From contig JAQGDQ010000190.1 in the NCBI GenBank assembly GCA_030141605.1, forward strand, positions 186,001 through 250,000: a stretch of 64,000 nucleotides of DNA. Direction: 5' to 3'. Position numbers and translations under genes: made by a program. Source of the DNA: Tubiluchus corallicola. Lineage: Eukaryota; Animalia; Priapulida. Numbering within the stretch: the stretch's first letter is position 1; the number at the start of each line of letters is the position of its first letter. The notes below the pieces were generated by a model. The model was not told the DNA's origin. It saw only the letters and a program-made list of their open reading frames with translations, and did no database searches. Positions 37,701 through 52,700 of this stretch are shown here, in pieces.

Positions 37701-40700
37701 GGTAGTCATTATATCGAGTATTAGGTGATTTGACATTCTTAATTATAGGATTCTTGAAGTATGTAAGGAATAGATCGTTGTTAGTCTTATAAACAAAAAT
37801 AGCAGTGTTATGGGAAATCAGATCATCAATTATTAGTATTCTACACTCACTATAGTGTGATTTAGTAAGTGAACTGAATTTGGGGAGTTTGTACGTAGAA
37901 CACTATTAATAAAAGTTGAAAAAATTGGTGCCTGTCTTAAAATTAATGACAGGACTAAATCCTCACTGCTGTTACCAAACTGTTAATACTTACCTATTTG
38001 TATGACTCTCGTGTGTTGATAGATTAGGGTTGGAATTCAGCAACAGACGGTTTTGATTTTCCCCTTCATTACTGTTTTCCTCGTTGGATAATGAACCACT
38101 TTCCTCTGTCAAGTTACTGTTAGATTCTGGACTAACCGACCTTGACTAAAACACAATTAAATTTTATATTGAAATCTACGCTGCAAAATGCAGAAATCCA
38201 AATTTCACCAAAATTATCAACTACCTTAGTAATCACCTAATGCAATGAGAGTATGCAAGAAATCTTTTTTGCACTTTTTAAATGAAACCCTAGGAATCAT
38301 TCAGTATATTAAGTGTGCAAGAAATCACTTTTTAAGATGAACGGAAATTAGAATGTAATAAAGCAATGGTCTTTGGGTTTATTTTTGACAACCCAGTCAT
38401 TGCAGAAAAATGTAAGAGTCATGCATCTGAATATTTAGCAGTTGAAAATTCAAACTCAGTTATGTGGCAGGCATACGAGGTTGACAGTATAGGCTGATTT
38501 CTTACAATTGCAGCAATGTTGGCCCAAGCATGTTGAAAGCAACTTTAATATTTGAAAACGTAATAAATCCATTTTTATTTGCTGTTAAAACCTAAATGTG
38601 TAAGCAAATAAGTACATGGGTACTAAAATTTATTTCATAATTTTTTTATTAACATTTAATTGTTCATTTATTACATTTATTACAACTGACGTGCCTTGAA
38701 GAGCCAAATACACCAAATACCGTAAACCCTTCTCTCCTTACAACAGACTAATAACAAGGCGATTCGTATCTTAATACATCGTAATACGGAAAAAACAAAA
38801 CATTTATATGAGACACAATAAACACAATATAATTCTGGTTACACAGTTTACACTGGGACTGCTAGCTGATGTGGTGTGCACCGCATCACATTCAGAATTA
38901 GCTCTCCTGATCTGGACGTGTGTTATCCCTATGTAGGACAAGCCTGGGTACAACCAGAAGAAAATGGACACAACAGGTATAGTCTGTTATGTATGTGAAA
39001 TTCCTTGTAATGGTCATTTGTATTGAAGGTTATGGTACAGCAAACTTAATAATAATATCAAAGAAAATTTAAGTTATTTGGAACTACTTCTACATTTTTA
39101 CTCTTTTACTGTGGCTCTAGACCTTGACCTTGAGTGACAATTGATCGTACAGAGGGCAATCTGCACGAAAAAACTATTCCTCATTCAACATGAAAAAATA
39201 AAAATTAACCTTGGATTTGCCGTCTTTGCTTTCTGGCTGCACACTGGTCAAATCTTCTCCGGTGTGATTACTTGTTGTGCTTGACTCGTCAGCTTGTGGC
39301 TATTTTGTAAACAAACCAATACATTATTTACCAAATATTTATTTACTTGATCGTCATTGCATCTGCCTTGCATTGAAGCCTGGGATGGGAAACACATGTA
39401 GAGAAGAAAGTGCAAACAGACCACCCAAAGCAGCCAATGTAAAACTTTGTGAACATTTTCGCATGATCATTATTGTTTGAATAATGATTTGCAGCACCTT
39501 CAATTTACCTTCAAAATGCATTAATATGCATTTCATATGACTTAAGCAATCATAATTCACAAGGGCCGCTAAATGAACAATGTTTCACATGTTTGGTAGC
39601 TAAAGTATGACGTTTTAAAAATTAATCTTGTTAAAACACAAATCAATTGCTGAGATTTGTTTAGTTTGATGGTTATGCAGTAGGGGTTAGGGGGAAATTC
39701 TTAAATTTCTTTGACTAAACTTGGTCTACCTACTTTTTTATTATTAGATCTGAGAAAATATAAGACTAGTGTTTATAAAAAGTAATTCATCTCTGGACAA
39801 TCTATCTTTAACATAATCATGAATGCAAAGTTGGACAAAGCAAAGATCGAAGGCAATCAAATCACAAAGTAGGGGGTTTGTGAACAATATAGTCAATTAA
39901 TGGTAGAAAGTTGCATGGAAAGCCATTGTTAGATGAAAGTACACTAATTGATGGTTTTAGTTACCAAGTATAGAAACCATCTGTAAGCTAATGAAGTATG
40001 ATTTGGGAACAACCATTCGGCACAAATTATATAACGCAATACTCAATTATACTGATGAAGCACATATTCAATTTTAGCAATGAGAAATTAACTGTCATTC
40101 TTGACAATAACAAATTGCAAATTTCAAGCAGCAAAACAAGACTAAATAAAATCATAAGTGGCTTATTACCTTACGGTGGAGACTAGATCTATCACTGCTG
40201 TTACTGCAAGTGCTGCCACTGCTCGGTGACTTCTGACCCTCAAGACTACTGAAAGGACTACTATGCTCACTTTCACCGTTTTTCTGGCAGATATTCTAAA
40301 ATTAACAGCAGAAAGTCACAGGAGAGTCGAAATACAATAAAGTAATTAAAAAAATATTCTGAGCAAACAAGTTTTGTCGTTCAAGTTTTAAAAATGCATA
40401 CGTACAGTATCACAAGGTACACTTGGTTGCATGCTATGCTGCCCATTCAACAACCCGTTCTCTGTTCCGGGTTGGTACATGAAATTAGAAGAATCCTGGC
40501 TATCTTTTAATCGGGGAAGCTCGCCATAGCACTTAAAGTATAGTCTGCATGTTGTGCATAGTAATATACGATCGCGACCGCCATGATGCCAGTCTTTAGA
40601 AGCTAAAAACAAAAATATGATACATAGAATATTACCGAAGTAACATATTTTAAGTCACTCACATTTAAATTATCAAAATACGTGGGAAAATATTAAAAAA

Positions 40701-43700
40701 TGGAAAACAACACAATTTAGTAGTGGTGGTAATCATAAAATCACAAATGATCGACATCCTATATTTTGAGCTATTCTTTTGCCTTTTTGTAATATACATA
40801 GCTGAAAATCATTTACCTGGTATGACCACTATAAGTGAAATTATCATTAAATATTAGACAAAGGTTGTAGGTGCAGTAGAGTAAATCTGAGTATAATACA
40901 TTAGCTTTCAAAGCACGCAAGAGACAGACAGACATATAATCTAAACATTGTTATTAAAATTATTTGCCACATGCTTGCTGCACACCAAACCCAGCTAATA
41001 TTTTCATACATTTTCTTGCTGTTTTTTCTGCATACTATATGTTTGCATTATATACCAGCAAAGGCTTCTAGTACAGCCGGCGATGTTTTCACAGGCTCAG
41101 TCGGTCTGTTTTCTGTTATGAAAGCCGGCAGGCTCCTGTTTTGCCAACAGATTCTCATTTAACTACAGTTGTTTGAAAAATAACAAACGGCACCTTCGTA
41201 AAATTATCTAGGCAGAATTTTTATTGTGGGCTGCACGGCAAAAGGAAATCCATAAATATATAAAACATAAAATATTAAGTGAACTTCCCTTAATAATACA
41301 TATTATTTCAAAGAAACGTCACGAAGATTTATTTACCAATGTTTGATTGCACAAATTTTATTGCAAAATGGCAGATACTGCCCAGATTTTGCCAAGATAA
41401 CACTTTTTATTGCGTAGATTTTCTAGAAAGACAAACTTGAAAAATTATGTAAGTCCAACAACTAAATGTAATGCACTTATCAATGCAGTGCATTTAGTGA
41501 ACATGCAATTATCAAAGCATTGTTCACTATTATCAAGCAATGATGTCACTAGTTAAAATAAAAAAAATTCAAATGTATAACCAGAACCTAAGCTGAGCAC
41601 CCAAACTGCTACTTGAATTGTGTAATGAAAAAATACAGCTTATTATTTGTTTTGGGAGGGGTCAGCTACGCTAAATTATTAAGAGTGCCAATGTAATAGG
41701 TTGACGTAATGCAAATAAGAAAGTTTTCAAGGGCAAATAGATATGAAATGCATGGGCTCCAGATTCCAGTCTCTGGGAAACCCAAGCATCCAAAATATTC
41801 ATTACAATCATGATTTTAGAAGTTTTTAAAAAGTCTTTCTTGCCATCTAAACATGGGCATATGAAGAAAAAATAAAAGCACGTTTCAATACAATAAAAGT
41901 AAACCCAGGAGAGATTTCTGACCGAGACCTTTATTAACTGTACACAATTTTTTAAAAAGAAAACATCAACTTTATTGCAAAAATGTCCAAAACCGAGGCA
42001 CATTGTTTGAATGTGCCAAAACTGTCCATTGTCAAATTAAACCTATGCAATGTGTCATTTTACCAATAAAAGTTATCGCCTTAATACATTGAACAATGAA
42101 TATGGCAATGTAATTAAAATACAAACTCACAACTGTGTGAATATTGAATAGTTACCTCTATCAGTTGACTGTGAGAACTCATACTTAACAAACGTTACAA
42201 AGAGATTATGACAATATGGTAAGCCAAATCATGTTCTGTGCTTCCTTTCATATGCCTGTTATTATAAAACTGTCTTTGGCTTCTGACATTACAAATGCCA
42301 GATAAAAAACTGTCCAACACGGGCCCACAATTTAGCTTGCAAGAATAGCAAAACAAACAGGAAAAATTGTGAACTCATTTGGAAAAATCCAGGGGGAAAC
42401 CCATGGCTTAATAACAAAGTTTCATTTTATAACAGGCCACGGTTTATTAGTTTTTTGATCATACATAAAATTACACCAATCTCTAGAGCATTTCAGCCTG
42501 GCAATTTTAAGAGTATTTTAGATTAAATAACTTTCAGTTGATTTAGCTTTTGATGAAAACTACATGATACTGAAGATAACAAAGTTTACATAATCCAGTT
42601 GATTTTCTCATGGGAAAAGTTCGTAAATGACGTAATGCGATCTTTTTATGAAGAAAATGAAATCATGCAAATAACACATTTCATACTTACAAGTTGTGAA
42701 ACAATGCCGGCAAGCATAACCGCTTAAGTCACGTGTGTCTGAATCTTCCGAATCCAATTCATATTCACTACAAGAACTCAAATCTGCAAAAAAGTTGTGT
42801 ATCTTGAAAATACCAATCAAGTTCACCTACACAAACGTGACGAATGAAACAACAGCATTTACTTTCCATTTAAATAAGTTTCAAGTCGTCGACAAAATTC
42901 AGTGAAAAAAAGGAAGATTATATAAACCAGACTTGCTCTTTTCTCCATCACCAATAACCGTTAAAAATTTAATAGAAAAATACAAGCTTACAAGAGTCAG
43001 ACTTGTTCTTTTCTTTATCAGCATCTTTGTTATTACCTGCACAAAAATTTAATAATTTTAAATTAAGAATTTAATAACAAGCAGCAGAAAAATATGACTT
43101 GTGATGGAATGAATGCACAATTAATGGATTTTTAAAACCGAACTTGATTAAAGGAAGAAAACATAAAAGAATGGGGTATGAGTCCAGATAACTAATATAA
43201 CAGCATGACCTTTACACTACCAGCCTTTTGAGATCAAGTGTGTGATCAGCATTTTTCATAAGCAATTAACTCGTGAACACCAGAGTTACTAAAACTGAAT
43301 TAAGTCCAGCCATGACTTAGTGCTCTGGCTGTTGGATTTCTAATCAAAAGGACACCTGGTTCAAATCCAGACTCAGTCCAACTCTTCATATTTCCTTAGT
43401 CTGGGTCACATTTGTTTTCGAAATTTCAAATCGTGACTTCATTACATTAATAATCAATTCATAATCTTGAAATTAAGATCAGAAATAATCAAATATAACT
43501 TATTATATATGCAACAATACAACAGGCAACAGCACCTAAGCTAATTTTTCATCAGATATCTTAAATCCACACCTTAAGGAAACTTTTATACTGGAAATTT
43601 AGTAGTTATTGCAAGTAGCAACATATATTGTCCAGTTTTATTTTAATATACATACAAAAAAAGAACTAAAAGCTTTCATCAGAATACAAATGTGCACAGC

Positions 43701-46700
43701 AACATGTCTTAGGTAAATAATGTAAAACCATGTATTTAAAACACAGCCGAGTATGCACACATGCACGTTTATTTGCATAACCCGATATTCCATTAAATTT
43801 ACTCTCAGCAAAATAAACACAATCAGAGTAAACATACTGCAGTCGTAACGGCGAGATCGATCTTTCACACGTCGTAGTACAGGCTTACGATTATTCCTCC
43901 GCTGCGGACGGGTACCATTTGCTGCCGGAGTCTTTTTCCAGTAATAATAGTACTCGATTAATTCACCCTGCAATGCAAAATGAATTACAATCACTGTTTT
44001 CTGTGCATCTAACACAGAAGTGCTGAAGTTTGGAAATGACCAATGGATTTGGATCTAGACTTTGAGTGCTACTAGGTAAATTCAAGTCAAACCATATAGG
44101 AATACTGCCAATATTACTGCCTTTTTTATCCGTGTTTCACCCATGTGTCAAAATAATCATTTTGATTTGGGTGCATGTTAAAATTTTTGCGTAATTGGGC
44201 CGTTTCTGCTTTCATGCTTTTGCAGTTCATGTACAAAGTCTTCAAGACTACAGTATCACATTCACTACCACAGGCAGTTAACTGTGACCTGTTAATTGTT
44301 ACACATTTAATTGAAATAGCAGCAATCGTCACTCTGATTAAAACTTTTTTGTCACAGTTTCACAGAGTCTAGAAACAGTTAGCGATTTTACACAAGGATG
44401 GAAAAAACTTGCTCTAAACACTTTTAGATGATGCGCAAAAGAGACCAGAAACAGTTGCAAATCGATACTAACACTGCAGCACGGTGCTAGAATGTCTTGA
44501 CTTTGGTGGCTTAACAACATGCGCCTGTCAATGGAACGGAAACTCAAAACGAGCAATATGTAAAACACGGCTTTGTTTTGACAAGAACGGCTGTGTATAC
44601 AACTCATGTGAATATGTTTACCCAGGGATCCATCGCTTGCCGAGCAAAAAGAGAACGCCACTTTAGATGTTGGTTATCCCATGCCGGATTCAATTTCCAA
44701 AACTGTTTTCCTTCAGGGTTTGCTTTGACGTTTCTCGGCTGTCGATGCTAAGTAAGCAAGTTTGCGCCCCAGTACTTAAAACCGTGTTTGCTTTGTGCCT
44801 GTGAGTTACATCAGCAAATAAGGAGAAAAGACGATTTTTTGCGAACACAGAAAATTTTCAATTTGGGATTTAATGTATTCATCACACATATTTTTGTGTC
44901 TCTAGCCTTCCTAACTATATAAATAGGAATAATTCTCATTATATCAATCTATTTACTTCACAGTAAATTAGTAAAAATTTGTTGATCATTATACTACTGC
45001 TGAGATCATGTAGAATGTTTAATAGAGACCAGGAAAACTACATGAAATGTGTAAGATCAAAAAACTATAATGCAACACCTGCGAAAACTAGCCTATCTGG
45101 TTTGTAACAAATACAGCTCTTAAATTAACAGCTTAGCTGAAATAAAAATGTGAATTGGAAAAATGGGGGAAACCTGCAACCAAAAATATCCATGAAAGGT
45201 AAGACATGAGTATTGGATAGCTATTAGTCTACTACTCTACATAAATAGAACTCCACAGTCATTAACAAAAGCTTAAGACCACTAATTCCTCCAGACCATC
45301 AAGGAACATATATCACCTTTAACTGTTCTGGAACAGTCTAAGGCAAACTGAAAGTCAATAGGCATGGTTGGTTGATGATTGTACATCAGGATTTCTGGTG
45401 GCATCATTTACCATATCCCTGAACCCCATTTTACTGAGAAAAGATGTATTCTTACAATAAATTAGATCATTAATTCACATATGAATCACACTTTAATTAT
45501 CATCTATCAACGAGATTTTTCAGCGAAAATACTGTAAAGTGACAATGTAAAATGGGTCAAATTTTATCCGACTTTGATGGCATTATAATGAATCACCTCA
45601 TGGCAATCGGATGTGATGCCACCGGAAGTCCAAATGTGCGAACATAGACTAACCATCCAATCATTGCCTGCTCCTGGTCTTATAGTTTTGTTAAATGATT
45701 ATATATTGTACATTGCACCTTACATTCCAGCAGGGAGGTGCATTATACATTCAGCCCTGGGAATCAAAACCTGGTTCAGTATTAACCACTTTTCCCTAAG
45801 TTTGTCCATGAACATATAGTCTAAACTAGATGCATGCAACCTGCATTCAGGTGTGCAGGTTATAAAAAAAGGAATAAATTCAACTAAATGATTATAGAAA
45901 AAATGCTATTTTAATTGATTTTTTTTATTTGATTTTAAGTCCAAGTATAATTTACTCAATGTAACCCACCACAAACAATTAAGTTATTTTGTACCACTCA
46001 TTGTAACACACCACAGCCACTTATATTTGCTCAGCAATTATAAACTGCCAAATTTTGTAAACCTCATTCTCAGGTTAGCAGCATAGTCTATTAATTTATT
46101 CTTTTCACTTTCTTTGATTAATTTTTTGTCCTGGCAAAACTAATTATATAGTTCTGGGTTTTTCTTTTTATGGAATTGTTTTTACTCCGTAGTTTTTTTA
46201 GCTGATGAGGCTAGCTAGGGCGAAAGCTTCAGAAATATAAAGTGTTAATCATTGAGACAATAAAGAGCATTACGATTTTTATGTTAAATAATTAGAAACT
46301 TAACTTCAGTGTCAGATCGGACAGATAACATAACATCTCACTAGAGAGATGACTTTAGAATTCAACATGAAATTATTTACTCACTCATTTATTACAGTGA
46401 CTACCAAAATGGTTTGTATTTATCATTTTCCTAACATTACATACTTGCACTGAAATAATCAGGCTTAGCTATTTAGCCACAGCCTATATAATCCATTACA
46501 TTACAACCCATTAATAGAAAATTAAGCCTTATTTGTTTGCTAATTATACTCATCTTAAGTAATGGCCTCGATTATAGCTACAAAAATAGCTAATAAAAAC
46601 AAAGCACCGTGAAGTTCACTTTTTGGCATTATTTTACTTTTTTTACATCTTACACATGTTTATTAATTTGTACTATGCATAAAATCCGTAGAGCCGTTTT

Positions 46701-49700
46701 GTTTATTTACCTTACCAATTGTTCGTCAATAACATGAGCATTCACTTTCGATTTGGCATTTTTGCAATCTTGCAGATTTAAATATGTGTTATGTAATTAA
46801 TCATATATTGCGTAGTAGTTTATATATTGTGTCAATAGTAAAGCTGCAAACGAATTATAATTTGAAATGGAGCTTTTATATCTGAATGCATAATTTCCAC
46901 CCTGTTCAAACATGATGAAGCAAAAATATTATAATTTCACCAGTACTTTTAACTAATTAATTAATAATTAATAAATAAATAAAGGTAGTAATTAGAGAAA
47001 AGTGGAATTTTTAGTTTGAAGTTAAGAGAACTGGCATGTATCTCTGTACTCTCAGAGTCTCACTCTCAATAATTTTCAACAACTTAAAGCAGTCACATTG
47101 CAAGTTAAATTTCCAAATGCCACAATTGCACGCAGAATCCACATATACGTACACACAACTCCTAACATGTCACAGCGTTTTTCACTATGAAAGCTGTATA
47201 ATCAATGCTGAATCCAAAATGGGAAAAAACACGTAAAATGGCGGACTATGCGACTAATAATTCTCAAGCAATACAACAACCGACATAAACAGCTAAATTT
47301 TCCCCAAAATCCCTCGATAAAGCGGTAAAAACAAAGAAACTCACGGTAGCCAGATGTTTTAAGTTACTATTACACTGACTGCACACAAACTCGAGCCAAA
47401 TTCTTTCAAAATTTGCTTTACGAATTTATTCACCAAAGGTTACAAGCAGTTGAACGCTCAACGCTGTACAAGACAGTGTGTTGCATGGAATACTCACGCG
47501 CAAAGAGCGCCGTGAGGGGTAATGTCGGGCGGTAGCAGATCAATAGGAAATTAATGGGTGCCACTTATATGGGCGTTGCAATGACAATGACGGTCACATT
47601 TGTATTATAGTTGGTAAATTGGTTATGCCGTAACGCTTCAACAAGTTTTGCTTGGGTAGTGGCATGAGGAGGCTTTTCTGCGTGTTTGCAGTTTGACAAG
47701 CGATTGCACAGCTGCATGGTCCTGAAACTTAACATAAGCATTTTATAGTTGACATGGCGGACAGAAGTTCTCGCAAAGAATGTCAAAAGTCAGAATAATA
47801 CCGTTGGTTCGAAAATTTATTAATAAACTGATCACGCTGCCAACAGAGTGAACAATTAAAACAAGAGGAAAGTATGTTGTGCTTTCATTTTTTTTGCTAC
47901 TGACCACCCTTGTGAAGATTTTCGTTGCTAATACACCACAAATAATTTTCATATAAGCATTGTCAAACTCTTGCTAAAAAGCAAAGCATGGCATTAGCCT
48001 GTCACGTTGAGACAAGACACACAAAATTGCTGCACGTATTTCACTTTGTGGTTTTTGTCCACTGCGATCATCAGATAAATAACAACTTGTTTCCCAACAA
48101 GCTTTCTTTGATAACACCACAATGTACAACAGTCTGGCTAACAAGCATTTCACGGGATCCAATATTTTTTAACACGATATTTTAACAAACTTCTTGTTAA
48201 AAGCTTTATTTTATGAGGGACCTAAATTCCATCTTTAGCGTATCTTCAGATTAAAAGACCCCTCTGGAAAGCCTAATAGCTGAGAAAAAACAAAACAACG
48301 ACAACAAAAAAATCGGCGAAGGGACAGATTTCCCTTATTTCAAAGTTTATTCTTAGAATAGTAGAAGTTAAAATACAGCATAAGTACCGCAATTAGCAAC
48401 TGGCATATAACAGTGGGTGGCACAGAAAGGCTTAATAGCAGGAGCAAAAATCTAGTAATAAAAATGAAACACAATTTTAGAAAGCAATCCGCGAAGGCAT
48501 TAAACAAATTATTCTAACTTGTTGGGTTAGTTTGAACTATGGAGCTGCAGACAAATAAAATAAAGGAAAACCGGACCCAATCTTAAACTGTAGGTTAAAC
48601 GAATCTACTCTTTAAAATATTGAAAGGAAACAATATTTTTTTTTAAAAATGACTTATGTGAAAGAATTATTACCACGCAAACGCAATTTTGCATTTGCAC
48701 CACTAGTTTTACGCTGTTACATGCACTTCACGATTCGCTAGTTAGACAAGGCACTACAGCCTGTATTTCGGAAATGTGTTGCATGAAAAACAGGTGCTGC
48801 ACCTCTCAGTTCAAAGGTGTTCGCTTGTGATGTACTGCACCCGTTCGACAACTCATGGGTGAACACAGTTGTAAATTTGAAATTTGAATATTTATCTTAA
48901 AACTTGCTGAGTTTTAGTACAATACACTGAATCTCTTACAACAGCTCTGTACTTCAATCTTCACTTTCAAAAATATGTGCAACGTGATCACGGACTGTTT
49001 TTGCTGTTGAAAATTGTGTTCATTTGTGAAGTCATCAATAGTTATGCTCGCCCACCGTCAATCATGATTTTAATCTATTATTTAACTATGAGAGGTGCTT
49101 TTCCAGTTTTATAGGTGTTAAAGTGTACACTTTTTACCGTACTTGAAAATAGGGTGGTACACAAAAAATCATCCTGTCTTTGTTTCAGAGTGATTTGGTA
49201 GGGCCAGGGGAGAGGGTGCTAAGTGCATTTTTTTGAGGTAAAGGAAGTGACTGCAGATATGCCGCTGACATCCCCACAGAAAAGATTTGAAATCAACTCT
49301 GCTCGGATGATATTTTGTGTCAAAATGATAATAATATTATCGACAACGCGGTTGTATAATTTCACAGGCTAATGTCTAGTAATAAAAGCATTTATAGCCT
49401 GCCAGCATACCATTAAAACTTACACAGCACAAAGACATTGTGTCATATAATCACCCAAGAAATAACATAGTGGGTGATAAAGTTTAGGAAAAATGCTTTC
49501 GGTTTTTTGTTGCCATGCCGTGCATGCTTTAACGCATTTAAAGCCATTTATACTTTATTAGTCACTGGATACGTAGTTAATATTGCTATATCAGTACAGT
49601 AGCAAGTAATTTGATCCTAACCTCATCAGGAACACGGTGACACCACCAGAAAATAATTTAAAAAGTGATTGGCATATGAGACAGCTCTTCTGAGACTTGT

Positions 49701-52700
49701 CATCTTTAGCATAAAAAACATAAAAACCTTGTAGTCTCAATGATTATATATTATTTCAGAAGCTTCCACCCGAGCAGGATCATCAACTGAAAATTACAGA
49801 TAAAATGCTAAAACAGTATGTACCTGTGTAAAACAAAACATTAAAAGCAAGAATAGTAGCTAAGCATCAGTGATTTGAAATATAAGTTAGAGAAAGAATA
49901 AAAATGATTGCATAAGAAGAAGAAAAAACAGAACTATACGATTGGTCTTGTCAGAATACAAATTAATTAAAGAAAGAAAGTTCTATAATTAAAGAAAGTA
50001 AAAAGAATAAATTAACATACCTGAATAGAATATGTATATAGTATTACCTTGTGTAGTTCTGGGTTTTTTCTTCTTATGCAATTGTTTTTACTCTTTATCC
50101 AACTTATCATATGTCAAACCATTGATGCTTAGCTACTATTTTGTTTTTAATGTTCTTGTTTTACACTGGTACATGCTGTTACAACATTTTATTTGTAATT
50201 TTCAGTTGATGATGCCCATCAGGGTGGTGAAAGCTTCTGAAATAATGTACAATCATTGCCACTATAAAGGGCATTACGTTTTTATGTTAAAAAGTTATTA
50301 GCTTATAAACCACTTCCTCTTAAACCTACAAGCCTATCTGATTAACACCATGTTGCTATATACATTAGGAACTCTTACAATCTGGTAAACCTTTTCCAGT
50401 GATAATTACAATACGGTATGATTGGCATTAAAAACTGATTTAAAACTTGGACATTAAAGGCATTTGAGTTTTGATAGTTAGTGTTATCATGTATGTGAAA
50501 GGTGAATGGAAGGCGATGATGGTAGGCCACCATGAGGCACTAATTTAATCAGAAGAAAATTGCAGTTAAAACTAGCACCCAAAGCACCTCCATTTGTAAC
50601 TTGTTTTAGTGCCATGTCAAGTGGGTAGCGTTCAACAAGAATTCTCATGAAACATGCTCATAAATTATATATACCTACAGGGTGTCTAGCTTTAATTAGG
50701 ATGTTTGCTGAAAACACTCAATTTTCCGTGACACTGATGTGACCAACCCAAGTGTGTAAATGCGTGAATGACTGCGCACTTTTTGTCAAGTCCGTTAATT
50801 AGTAATTACATAGGTGTCGCAAAATTGTGCTAAACTGTAAAACAGTGAACATACTTTTAATAGACAATAGTGCACAAATCTTCACAGAATGCAGTCAAGA
50901 AGGAATTCAGAGTGAGACTAAAAATTGTTCTCAATAAAAAAATGTTTGATACAAAAACAGGTGGATGACCATGGAACAGTCAGGAGTAAATGAGCACTCA
51001 TCAACTTCCTTTTTCGTTGATAGATGGAGCCATTCAACAAAAACTGATATTCAATTACAATACTTCGAAACTTTTATTAAATACTTTTATTTAATATTAT
51101 ATTTATTTTATTAAAAGTATTAAAATACCTTTCGCACACTGATATCGAACTTTCGCAATAAAACTGAGGGTAGAGAAAACAAGAATAATTAATCAACTTA
51201 CCGTTTCTTTGTGAGAAAGTAGTTCCATTCTGATCTTGAAAAAATTTTTGCCAAATTGTCGCAGACCCTTCTGAAAACGTTTCTGAAATGAGATAAAAAT
51301 TTAGATGATAAAAGTTGAGATACCATGATTATCAAGTAATCATAGTTATTAATCCTTTGTTGTTTAATGGCTATACTGCTGTTACAGTGTTTCATATATC
51401 TGCAGATTTGATGTTAACAAAGTAGAGAAAAGGTTAAAATTGTATATTTCAACAAAAAGACCAAAAATATATAAAAAACTTGCCGTTTCATCTTCATTCC
51501 ATTTCTTTTCAATACCTCGAGGTACGGGTGTTTTTGTTAATGCTTGCAGAGCTTTGCCTGTGTCGTATTTACTCTTGTGCAACTGAAATATAAGAAATGA
51601 TTGACTAGAGAGTCAAAGAACTACTTGAAAAAACTAAGAAATCATTAATTTAAAAATTTCATAAAGCTAAAGGGGGAAAGGATGCATAGCATGTAAATTT
51701 ATAGAGTTTACAGGAGGAAAAAGGCTGCATAGTCAGTGGTGTAGCTAACAAGGGAGCAATGGGAACACTGCTCCAGAGTACATTTTTCAAAATTGGTGCC
51801 TTTCAACAATTTTTGACTCTTTAGTTCACTTGCGCGATTAAAGTCGAATCTTTTTAATTTTTTATCACATGGCCTTGGAAGAATTTTCTGGAGTCATTAC
51901 TTTATTTGACCAACCTAGTTCCCTTATTTTTGAAATGAGAACTAATTTACACAACTAACTTGTCAATTGACTGATTGTTACCAAGGACAAAATAGCCCAA
52001 AATCTATTTATTATAATATATTCTTGTCACACGAAGATGTTTAAAATTAAAATAATTAAATGACACACATTTTTGTTATGTTTTGAGATTTATGACATTA
52101 CTGTAAAATTTTTGTGTTTTAATTTTAAATATAGAGTTCAGAGGTGTTCATCTGCAATGTAGTGCACACATTTTCGAAAGCTCGAGAGTGAGGACAGTGG
52201 TAAATTTTAAATTTTTATCTTAAATCTGGCCGAGTTTTAGTATAACACACTGTATCTCTTACAGTAGCACTGTACTTCAATTCTCGCTTTCGCAAACACC
52301 TGCAACACGCTCGTGGAATACTTTTGCTGTTGAAAATTATGTTCATTTGTGATGTCATCAATAGTTGAGCTCACCTGCCGTTAGCTAAAATTTTAATCTA
52401 TTATTTAATTATCAGAAATGTTTTTGCGGTATTATAGGTGTTAAAATGTATACTCTTTACCGTACTTCAAAATGGGGTAGGATGCCAAAAATCATCCTGC
52501 TTTCTAATTTAACTAATTGAGTCGATATAGAGTTCAAGGCCAGGCTGTCTCTCGGCATTGCGAAAACCTTGCCAATGTATACATGTGTTAACAGGCCCTT
52601 AGCCTACTATACAGAAAGCGGTTACTCATAAAAATCCCCCAACAAGCATTGCAGATTGATTGAATCAAGCCAACACAGCTCTGCTCTCCTAGAATAAGAG

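Noticed and set aside
43306-43385. Functional tRNA-Arg gene
   Set aside because: Acceptor and D stems cannot be formed; kept only as a SINE-like relic.
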